17,329 bases of DNA from Abditibacteriaceae bacterium. GTDB lineage: Bacteria > Armatimonadota > Abditibacteriia > Abditibacteriales > Abditibacteriaceae. Both the position numbers and the translations under genes were made by a program. Of this stretch, positions 9,356-16,263 are shown in pieces (within the stretch, counting starts at the first letter, position 1; each line of letters starts with the position of its first letter). The stretch covers positions 1 through 17,329 of the forward strand of contig JANMKN010000275.1 of NCBI GenBank assembly GCA_031372065.1. Reading direction: 5' to 3'. The notes beneath the pieces are model-generated. The model worked only from the letters and a program-made list of their open reading frames with translations. It was not told the origin of the DNA and made no database searches.

Positions 9356-9432
9356 ATCGCCCTTTGATGGGGAAAAACAGCGGCCAAACACCCAAGGTTA
9401 AAAAAAAATTAAGAAAATCTTAGCCTAAGGGG

Positions 9433-9460
9433 TTGAGTAATTAGTCCAGTGGCTTATAAT
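9433..9460 (+). promoter_or_regulatory. Sigma70-type promoter for nrdJ
   Basis: TTGAGT (9433-9438), 16-bp spacer, TATAAT (9455-9460); AT-rich tract upstream and NrdR boxes just downstream. Confidence 0.7.
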
Positions 9461-9476
9461 ATTTTCTGGCCGCGCG

Positions 9477-9524
9477 GCCCTATATGTTGTGGTTTGTGTT
9501 TTACTCAGGCCCAAGATGTGGGGA
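9477..9524 (+). promoter_or_regulatory. Tandem NrdR boxes
   Basis: GCCCTATATGTTGTGG (9477-9492) and GCCCAAGATGTGGGGA (9509-9524) match the NrdR consensus acaCwAtATaTwGtg. They start 32 bp apart, the typical spacing, and lie upstream of an RNR gene. Confidence 0.85.
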
Positions 9525-9994
9525 ACATCCTTCCTTTTTCCTTTTCTTTTCTTGCATTCCTAAAGAAACCTACGAAGGGAGTTTGTCCGCTCGAATGGGT
9601 CATTTACCCTTCTGATTCAACTTGTTTCGTTGCCGCTTTGTCGCCATGGTTACAGCCTTCATCACCGCCCAAATCACTCCACTTTCACATCAATTTCTGA
9701 GGCATCATTTTCCCCACCGACCCCAGCCGTGTCCGCTGGAAGTGAAGGCGCCCTTGCTGTGTGGCGAGGCGTTTTTGACGGACAGTTACAGCGGTTCATC
9801 CCGCCTCACGGTTTGCCCACAGGTTCGTCCGCTTGCCTGCTTTGTTGTTCGCAGGCACCGGAAACCAGCGGCGCGCGGCCCCTCTTCTCTTTTCTGTTTG
9901 GAACTTAACCTTCAAAATCCAACTTCTCCGCTTGTCCCAACCTGACGGCAATCGCGAAGACTTTGAAGCAAAATATAACACTCTCGTCGCACAG

Positions 9995-10054
9995 GCCGCA
10001 CACATCGCACCACTTGTTGCACCCAACGTTGCACCACTTGCTACACCACATTCA
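9995..10054. repeat. Imperfect 12-bp tandem repeat (GCACCACTTGTT-like) x4-5 abutting the nrdJ RBS
   Basis: GCCGCACACATC / GCACCACTTGTT / GCACCCAACGTT / GCACCACTTGCT / ACACCACATTCA, followed by CAGGAG. Confidence 0.7.
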
Positions 10055-10067
10055 CAGGAGCCACCGC

Positions 10068-13000
10068 ATGACATTCGACAGCACCACAGGCAGCATTGCC
10101 GAGAACACCACAACAGGCACTCACGATTCGGAAACGTCAATTGTTTCGGCAATTGCGTCCGCAGATTTTGTCCCTTCTCTGGTCAAGGAACCGGAAGCGG
10201 ACGTTGATTCCGGCGAAGTTTTTGGAGACACCGATATGGCCTCACAAACTGCAAGTATTGAAGAACAAGCCCTGCTGCCCGACACCAACGGTCTGGCGAA
10301 CGGACATAGCAACGGCTCAACCAATGGTCATGCCAACGGCACGGCTAATGGTCTTAAAAAAGCGCCTTACGAAGGCCGCTTGATGGACGATGGCGAAGGC
10401 GAAACCAAATCGTTTGTGCCAGTTCCGACGGGCAAAAAGCCCAAAACCGGACAAGGTATCGAAGTGAAGCGCCGCTTAACCGAAGCCGGACAAGACCCTT
10501 TCGAAACTCTCGAATGGGATAAGCGCACCGCTGCTATTACCGGCGAAGACGGGCGCTCGGTTTTTGAGCAAACCGATTGCGACATCCCGCGCCCGTGGAG
10601 CCAGCTTGCCACCAACGTGGTCGTCAGCAAATATTTTCGCGGCCCGCTGAACACACCGCGCCGCGAAACCAGCGTGCGCCAAGTCATTGGCCGCGTTTCC
10701 GATACCATCGCCAAATGGGGCCGCGAAGGCGGCTATTTCAAGGGTGAAGCCGACGCGCAAAGTTTCCGTGACGAACTGACTTATTTGCTCTTGCATCAAT
10801 ACGGCTCTTTCAACTCGCCGGTCTGGTTCAATATCGGCGTGCCGGAAGTCAAACAGCAGGCCAGCGCGTGCTTTATCAACCGTGTTGAAGACAACATGGA
10901 AAGCATCATGGAATTGGCAGCAACCGAAGCGCGCCTTTTTAAAGGCGGTTCGGGCACTGGCTCCAATGTGTCGAAAATTCGCTCATCAAAAGAGCAATTA
11001 TCGGGCGGCGGCACGGCCAGCGGGCCGGTCAGTTTCATGCGCGGCTACGACGCGTTTGCCGGTGCCATCAAAAGCGGTGGCACCACGCGCCGCGCCGCGA
11101 AAATGGTGATTTTGGACGCCGATCATCCTGATGTCGAAGAGTTCATCACTTGCAAATCGGACGAAGAAAAGAAGGCATGGGCGCTCATCGAAGCCGGTTA
11201 CAATGGCGGCTTTAATGTGCCGGGCGGCGCTTACGATTCCGTGGCGTTTCAAAATGCCAATCATAGCGTGCGCGTAACCGATGAATTTATGCGTGCGGCG
11301 GAAAACGGCATGGAGTGGACAACGCACGCCGTGACGGACAGGCGCCCCGTTGCCAAGCACAATGCGCGCGACCTGCTGAAGAAAATCGCCGAATCCACGC
11401 ATATTTGCGGCGACCCCGGCTTGCAATACGACACCACCATCAACGACTGGCACACCTGCTCGAATACAGATCGCATTTACGCTTCGAATCCTTGCAGCGA
11501 GTTCGTTTTTCTGGACGGAACTGCCTGCAACCTTGCCAGCTTGAACTTGATGAAATTCCGCAAAGAAGGCGGCGCCTTTGATGTGGATGCTTATATTCAC
11601 GCCTGCGAAATTTTCATTACGGCGCAGGAAATTTTGGTGTCGAACGCCAGCTATCCGACAGCGACAATTGCCGTCAATTCGGAAGATTATCGCCCGCTGG
11701 GATTGGGTTATTGCAACTTGGGAGCGCTGCTCATGGCGCAGGGCACGGCTTACGATTCGGATGAAGGCCGCGCTTTAGCGGGCGCTTTGACGGCCATTAT
11801 GACCGGCACGGCGTATCGTCAATCGGCGAAAATTGCCAACTTTATCGGGCCGTTTAGCGGCTACGCCAAAAACCGCGAGCCGATGCTGCGCGTGATTGGC
11901 AAGCACCGCGATGCCGTCTCGCGCATTCCACAAGCGACGGTGCCCGAAGACCTGATGAACGCCGCACAACGCGTGTGGGACGAAGCGCTTTTATTGGGTC
12001 AAAAGCATGGCTATCGCAATGCGCAAACCACGGTTTTGGCACCGACGGGCACCATTTCCTTTATGATGGACGCCGACACAACGGGCATTGAGCCGGACAT
12101 TGCTTTAGTCAAATACAAAAAGCTGGTCGGCGGCGGGCTTTTGAAAATCGTCAACCAAACGGTGCCCGAAGCGCTGCGCCGTTTGGGTTATTCGGGCAAG
12201 GAAACCGAAGCGATTGTCGAACACATTGACGCCAACGACACCATCGAAGGCGCGCCGGGCCTCAAAGAAGAGCATTTATCCGTATTCGATTGCGCTTTCA
12301 AAGCGATGAATGGCACGCGTTCGATTCATTATAGCGGCCACGTCAAAATGATGGCCGCCGCGCAGCCGTTTTTGTCGGGCGCGATTTCCAAAACCGTCAA
12401 CGTGCCGCAAGACGCGACGGCGGACGAAATCATGCAAACCTACATCGAAAGCTGGAAACAAGGCCTCAAAGCCGTCGCCATTTACCGCGATGGCAGCAAG
12501 CGCACGCAGCCTCTTTCGACTTCGAGCGACGCGCAAAAGAAAAGCGCCATCGAAAAGGAAAAAGACGTGCGCCGCGCCGTTCGTCGCAAATTGCCGGACG
12601 AGCGCATGAGCATCACGCACAAATTTTCCATCGCCGGACAGGAAGGCTATTTCATGGTCGGCCTCTACGACGATGGTTCGCCGGGCGAGATTTTCATCAA
12701 AATGAGCAAGGAAGGCTCGACGATTTCCGGCCTGATGGACAGCTTTGCCGTCGCGGTTTCGCTTTGCCTGCAATACGGCGTGCCGCTGCGCGTTTTGGTG
12801 AACAAATTCAGCCATGCGCGCTTTGAACCGGCGGGCTACACCACCAACAAAGACATCCCGATTGCCAAATCGCTGATGGACTACATTTTCCGCTGGTTCG
12901 ATTTGAAATTTCATCCCAACGGCGACAACGGTCACATCGGCAAACCCGCGCACGCATCGTCTCTCGCCGCGCCCGCGCCGCAAGGCACGTTGATGAGCGA

Positions 13001-13163
13001 AACAACCGGCGCGCCCGTCAAAGGCGAATCGGACGACTTGAACGAACACCTCGCCCATTTGCAATCCGACGCCCCGGTGTGCAGCGATTGCGGCACCATC
13101 ATGGTGCGCGCCGGCGCCTGCTACAAATGCAACAACTGCGGCGTGACAAGTGGTTGCGGGTAA
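10068..13163 (+). CDS. nrdJ: Class II (adenosylcobalamin-dependent) ribonucleotide reductase with fused C-terminal TSCPD domain and Zn ribbon
   Basis: FNSPVWFN, SACFI, GGTTRRAAKM, active-site SNPCSEF, TACNLASLNL, LAPTGTIS, GAISKTVN, YRDGSK, RRKLPDER...GEIFI (TSCPD) and C-terminal CSDC..CNNC..GCG. ATG 10068 has an AGGAG RBS; alternative start at 10236. Confidence 0.96.
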   Translation: MTFDSTTGSIAENTTTGTHDSETSIVSAIASADFVPSLVKEPEADVDSGEVFGDTDMASQTASIEEQALLPDTNGLANGHSNGSTNGHANGTANGLKKAPYEGRLMDDGEGETKSFVPVPTGKKPKTGQGIEVKRRLTEAGQDPFETLEWDKRTAAITGEDGRSVFEQTDCDIPRPWSQLATNVVVSKYFRGPLNTPRRETSVRQVIGRVSDTIAKWGREGGYFKGEADAQSFRDELTYLLLHQYGSFNSPVWFNIGVPEVKQQASACFINRVEDNMESIMELAATEARLFKGGSGTGSNVSKIRSSKEQLSGGGTASGPVSFMRGYDAFAGAIKSGGTTRRAAKMVILDADHPDVEEFITCKSDEEKKAWALIEAGYNGGFNVPGGAYDSVAFQNANHSVRVTDEFMRAAENGMEWTTHAVTDRRPVAKHNARDLLKKIAESTHICGDPGLQYDTTINDWHTCSNTDRIYASNPCSEFVFLDGTACNLASLNLMKFRKEGGAFDVDAYIHACEIFITAQEILVSNASYPTATIAVNSEDYRPLGLGYCNLGALLMAQGTAYDSDEGRALAGALTAIMTGTAYRQSAKIANFIGPFSGYAKNREPMLRVIGKHRDAVSRIPQATVPEDLMNAAQRVWDEALLLGQKHGYRNAQTTVLAPTGTISFMMDADTTGIEPDIALVKYKKLVGGGLLKIVNQTVPEALRRLGYSGKETEAIVEHIDANDTIEGAPGLKEEHLSVFDCAFKAMNGTRSIHYSGHVKMMAAAQPFLSGAISKTVNVPQDATADEIMQTYIESWKQGLKAVAIYRDGSKRTQPLSTSSDAQKKSAIEKEKDVRRAVRRKLPDERMSITHKFSIAGQEGYFMVGLYDDGSPGEIFIKMSKEGSTISGLMDSFAVAVSLCLQYGVPLRVLVNKFSHARFEPAGYTTNKDIPIAKSLMDYIFRWFDLKFHPNGDNGHIGKPAHASSLAAPAPQGTLMSETTGAPVKGESDDLNEHLAHLQSDAPVCSDCGTIMVRAGACYKCNNCGVTSGCG

Positions 13164-13180
13164 AAGGAGAAGTTGGACGT

Positions 13181-13210
13181 AAGGGGCGCGGCCAATTGGT
13201 CGCGCCCCTT
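13181..13210 (+). terminator. Terminator hairpin after nrdJ
   Basis: AAGGGGCGCG-GCCAATTGGT-CGCGCCCCTT followed by CTTATT. Confidence 0.8.
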
Positions 13211-13231
13211 CTTATTAAAAGGAGCGACAAT

Positions 13232-14047
13232 ATGGATTCACGCAGGAAGAGTCAGCAGGAGGAAAAATGGCATTTGGAGCAATTTAGTGAAAACTGTTCG
13301 GACTTTCCAGAAGGCAAACAGGTGTTTTGCTACAACAAGCAGATGCCAGATTTGGTGGTGCAGACAATAGAGGGTAATGTCGGCATCGAACACACGCGCC
13401 TAACAGAGCAACTCACGAGGAATCAAGAAAGTTTGCAGAATAAAATTGTTACCCGTGCGCGAGAGCTTTATGAAAGAGAAAATGCGGACTTATTGCAAGT
13501 CAATTTCATATTCGACATTCACAAACCACTGCGAGACAAAATGGTAGAACCGATAGCGTTGCAGATTGCGTATGCCACGAAAGTATTCGTATTCTATTTG
13601 AAAGCAACTAAGCAATTCCAAACATTTGGATATTTTGAGTCCTATCAATTGAGGTGGCATGGAATCACTAATTTCCCAATGGAAGTTACGAATGTCTCAT
13701 TGAGCTTTGCTAAATCATTAGAAGGCGTTCTGTGGGAAGTAGATAGGGGATCAACTGTTCCCAGACTGATTGCAGACTATTTGCAAGACCGAATAAATAA
13801 GAAGGCAGAGCGAATCAATAAGTATGTGGGTAGTTACAAAGAGATGTGGCTTTTATTAGTGGCGCAACTTTCCGAGCCTTCATCCAGTTTCGATCTTGAA
13901 TTCTCAACTGAGGCGTTGCAATACCCATATAAATCACCTTATGCACGGATTTATTTGATGGAAAGCTTTTTGGGGACGCTTGTTCGCTTGAAAGCAGCCC
14001 CCATCCAACTTCCCCCGGAGGGGGAAGAGTTACTTGGTTCATCGTAA
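13232..14047 (+). CDS. Hypothetical protein (271 aa), putative PD-(D/E)xK-like nuclease fold; AT-rich, probably horizontally acquired
   Basis: AAAAGGAG RBS before ATG 13232; MPDLVV...GIEHT motif and INKK...Y...MWLLLV segment. Visibly more AT-rich than its neighbours; the last ~16 codons run through the REP-like element. Confidence 0.7.
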   Translation: MDSRRKSQQEEKWHLEQFSENCSDFPEGKQVFCYNKQMPDLVVQTIEGNVGIEHTRLTEQLTRNQESLQNKIVTRARELYERENADLLQVNFIFDIHKPLRDKMVEPIALQIAYATKVFVFYLKATKQFQTFGYFESYQLRWHGITNFPMEVTNVSLSFAKSLEGVLWEVDRGSTVPRLIADYLQDRINKKAERINKYVGSYKEMWLLLVAQLSEPSSSFDLEFSTEALQYPYKSPYARIYLMESFLGTLVRLKAAPIQLPPEGEELLGSS

Positions 14048-14114
14048 GATTCGAGTGAAAACTTATGAGGTTCGGGGCGTAGTTCTTCCCCCTCCGGGGG
14101 AAGTTAGATGGGGG
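13998..14114. repeat. REP-like inverted pair, copy 1
   Basis: CCCCCATCCAACTTCCCCCGGAGGGGGAAGAG (13998-14029) and its near reverse complement GTTCTTCCCCCTCCGGGGGAAGTTAGATGGGGG (14082-14114); each arm has an internal CTTCCCCC-N3-GGGGGAAG hairpin. Confidence 0.92.
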
Positions 14115-14127
14115 TTATTATAGTCTC

Positions 14128-14508
14128 ATGCGCAATCGAGAAACGACGGCCAAAATAGTGGGAGAACGGGCGCGGGAACTGCGTGGGCAAATGACGCTGG
14201 CGGAAAAGCGATTGTGGCAGCAGTTGCGCGCTAAACAAATGGGCGGATTGCGTTTTCGCAGGCAGGAACCGCTGGGAAATTATATCGCGGATTTTTATTG
14301 CCCGACGGCACGTTTGGTTATCGAATTGGACGGAGACAGTCACGCGGAACGGGGCGAGGCCGATGCTGTGCGCGATGAAGTTCTAAGTAGCGAAGGATAT
14401 ACGGTTTTGCGTTTCAACAACACGCAGATATTCAACGATTTAACGAGTGTTTTACAGACCATTGAAGCGCACTGCGAGCGAAAGGAAAAGCGCCCCGTTC
14501 AAATTTGA
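14128..14508 (+). CDS. DUF559 / Vsr-like (very-short-patch) endonuclease domain protein, intact
   Basis: ARELR..MT.AE..LW..LR....G..FRRQ.P.G.YIADF.C....LVIELDG.SH....D..RD..L...GY.VLRF.N family pattern. Confidence 0.93.
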   Translation: MRNRETTAKIVGERARELRGQMTLAEKRLWQQLRAKQMGGLRFRRQEPLGNYIADFYCPTARLVIELDGDSHAERGEADAVRDEVLSSEGYTVLRFNNTQIFNDLTSVLQTIEAHCERKEKRPVQI

Positions 14509-14519
14509 GCGGGGCGCTT
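14488..14519. terminator. Bidirectional hairpin overlapping the DUF559 stop and following the 327-aa gene
   Basis: AAGCGCCCCGTTCAAA/TTTGAGCGGGGCGCTT with one G-T wobble, located between convergent stops. Confidence 0.85.
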
Positions 14520-14524
14520 GATTT

Positions 14525-15508
14525 TTACGGCTGCGGCATGGCGAAAGTTTCGTCGAAGCGGCCTTCGGCGACGGTGAGGCCGTCGGCGTCGCGCAACTCG
14601 AAATCGTCCAGTTCGCCCGCCACGATGATGTTTTCCCACGTCGTCACGGCGGTGCTATCGGGGCCGTTGGATAGCGGCTGCGTTTGTTCGGCGCTGCCTT
14701 CTTTGAGATAAATCTGCGTGGCGTCGCTATCGGCAGGCACTTCGAGCCAGATTTGCAGCACGCCTTGGGCATTTTGCGACCAATTGAAGCGAAAACGCGG
14801 CAACGATTCGGGGCCTTTGGGGAAAATGCGCGGCAGACTATCGGCGATAGGTTGTCCCGCGAAGTTGGCACGGATGTAATCGGTATACGCCAGCAAATCG
14901 GCGATAATTGAATCCTCTTCGCGCTGTTCTTCGGGCACATCGCCGAAAAAGGCATCGCGGCGGGCGCGCAGCAAGGCTAAATCGCCTTGGTCGGCTTCTT
15001 TGATAGCTGTTTGTTTCGCTTGAAGCGTGTCGTGAATAGTTTGCACATTGGCTAAGGTGCGCGTGCCGAGCAGCATTGGGCTACCGACAGGCAAAGCGGC
15101 ATTAACGCGTGTCCAGTGCCGAATGAAATCATCTAAAATGGTGACATATACACCGGGCGAAGCACTGCGAAACGGCGGCACGATTTGCGAGAGCGGATTT
15201 TTGCGTCCCAAACGCGACCGGACGGTCGTTTTATAATTCAACAGCCAAAACCAGATGCCATCTTCATCTACAGCACTGTGGCCCCACAAGGTATCGCGTT
15301 CGCTGCGCAACAGCGGCAAATCTACGTCTTCGAGGCTTTGAATGCTTTCGGCAATCGTGTGATATTCATCGCGCTTGGCCTGCACTTCTTCGAGTCCCTG
15401 CCCCGGCTTGATTTGAATCTCGCTGCCGATTTCGCCTTCGGCACTGGCCCAATGGCCTAAAATACCGTTGACCATCGGAATGCGGTCAATTTCTTTGATG
15501 CGTCCCAT
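14525..15508 (-). CDS. Hypothetical protein (327 aa): two tandem homologous ~100-aa helical repeats plus a C-terminal beta-rich domain
   Basis: GGAG RBS before ATG 15508 and host-like codon usage. Internal repeats HW...LEEVQAKRD...DLPLLRSERDTLWG...EDGIWFWLLNY versus HW...LANVQTIHD...DLALLRARRDAFFG...EDSIIADLLAY. Confidence 0.85.
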   Translation of the reverse strand: MGRIKEIDRIPMVNGILGHWASAEGEIGSEIQIKPGQGLEEVQAKRDEYHTIAESIQSLEDVDLPLLRSERDTLWGHSAVDEDGIWFWLLNYKTTVRSRLGRKNPLSQIVPPFRSASPGVYVTILDDFIRHWTRVNAALPVGSPMLLGTRTLANVQTIHDTLQAKQTAIKEADQGDLALLRARRDAFFGDVPEEQREEDSIIADLLAYTDYIRANFAGQPIADSLPRIFPKGPESLPRFRFNWSQNAQGVLQIWLEVPADSDATQIYLKEGSAEQTQPLSNGPDSTAVTTWENIIVAGELDDFELRDADGLTVAEGRFDETFAMPQP

Positions 15509-15629
15509 AATTGTCGTCTCCGAATAAATATTCTGCGGCGATTTAATTATTACGCTTTTTTTATTTTAAAAGCCAGAGTTGCAACATTTTTTTCTATATT
15601 TTCGCCCCGCGCCGCCAGTTTTCGAGCCG

Positions 15630-15790
15630 GGAAGCCATATTTCAGCCGTGAGGATGCATATTTCAAGCTGAGGAGCCATATTTCAAGCCGAGAAGCCATA
15701 TTTCAGGCGGAGAAGGCATATTTCAACCTGAGAAGGCATATTTCAGGCTGGGAAGGCATATTTCAACCTGAGAAGCCATATTTCAACTCA
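15630..15790. repeat. Imperfect 20-bp tandem repeat x8 with invariant core CATATTTCA
   Basis: Units start at 15630 (21 bp), 15651, 15671, 15691, 15711, 15731, 15751 and 15771; consensus AGAAGSCATATTTCARSCYG, with degenerate copies on both flanks. Confidence 0.95.
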
Positions 15791-15836
15791 AAAATGCACC
15801 TTCACACTGAAAAAGTGCCAAAAAGTGAGGCGAAAT

Positions 15837-15923
15837 GCAGATTTTTAACGATTTTATGGGCGATTGAAGGGCAGGGCGAGCGAAAGGAAAAGCGCCTCGT
15901 TTAAATTTAAACGAGGCGCTTTT
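15837..15923 (+). pseudogene. Degenerate 3' remnant of a DUF559 gene plus its terminal hairpin
   Basis: GCAGATTTTTAACGATTT...ATTGAAGGGCAGGGCGAGCGAAAGGAAAAGCGCCTCGTTTAAATTTAAACGAGGCGCTT aligns to 14424-14519 with a short internal deletion; 15888-15923 is a perfect 36-bp palindrome. Confidence 0.85.
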
Positions 15924-15963
15924 GGTTGTGAGGCGAGGAAAACGAAACTGAAGCGCAAATTAA

Positions 15964-16081
15964 CCCCCATCCAACTTCCCCCGCAGGGAGAAGAGTTACT
16001 TGGTTCGGTGTAATACTTGGTTGAATAAATTTTAATTTTCGGGGCGCAGTTCTTCCCCCGCCGGGGGAAGTTAGATGGGGG
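15964..16081. repeat. REP-like inverted pair, copy 2
   Basis: CCCCCATCCAACTTCCCCCGCAGGGAGAAGAGTTACTTGGTTC ... TTCGGGGCGCAGTTCTTCCCCCGCCGGGGGAAGTTAGATGGGGG; arms conserved with copy 1, central spacer divergent. Confidence 0.92.
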
Positions 16082-16102
16082 CGTTTTGCGAGGAGCCGAA
16101 TT

Positions 16103-16263
16103 ATGCGCAATCGAGAAACGACGGCCAAAATCGTGGGCAAGCGAGCGAGCGAACTGCGCGGGCAGATGACGCTTGCAGAGAAAATGTTGTGGCAGCGGTT
16201 GCGCGCCAAACAGATGGGTGGACTGCGCTCTCGACGGCAGGAGCCGCTCGGCAATTATCGCGG
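16103..16263 (+). pseudogene. Truncated DUF559 endonuclease (5' 52 codons only)
   Basis: MRNRETTAKIVGKRASELRGQMTLAEKMLWQRLRAKQMGGLRSRRQEPLGNY matches 14128-14283 at 47/52 aa. Homology stops at ~16263 and the catalytic ELDG..H region is missing. Confidence 0.92.

Noticed and set aside
9521..10067. Cobalamin riboswitch in the nrdJ leader
   Set aside because: I could not find the conserved core (GGGAA..GGTG..A.TCC, GCCACTG, AG.CAG.A.ACC), and these switches typically control B12-independent RNRs; an Rfam search would settle it.
10068..13163. Intein or group I intron in nrdJ
   Set aside because: The ORF is continuous, motif spacing looks normal, and no intein splice-junction or LAGLIDADG motifs were seen.
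13079..13231. N-terminal 51 codons of the 322-aa ORF call
   Set aside because: They overlap the nrdJ 3' end and its terminator; ATG 13232 has a strong RBS.
15630..15790. CRISPR or mini-CRISPR interpretation of the 20-bp array
   Set aside because: The 9-nt core is too short and the 11-12-nt linkers are variants of one another, not unique spacers.
13998..16081. Classical integron attC cassette array
   Set aside because: There is no intI, and I could not identify RYYYAAC...GTTRRRY-bounded attC structures; the repeats are GC-rich REP-like palindromes tied to DUF559.
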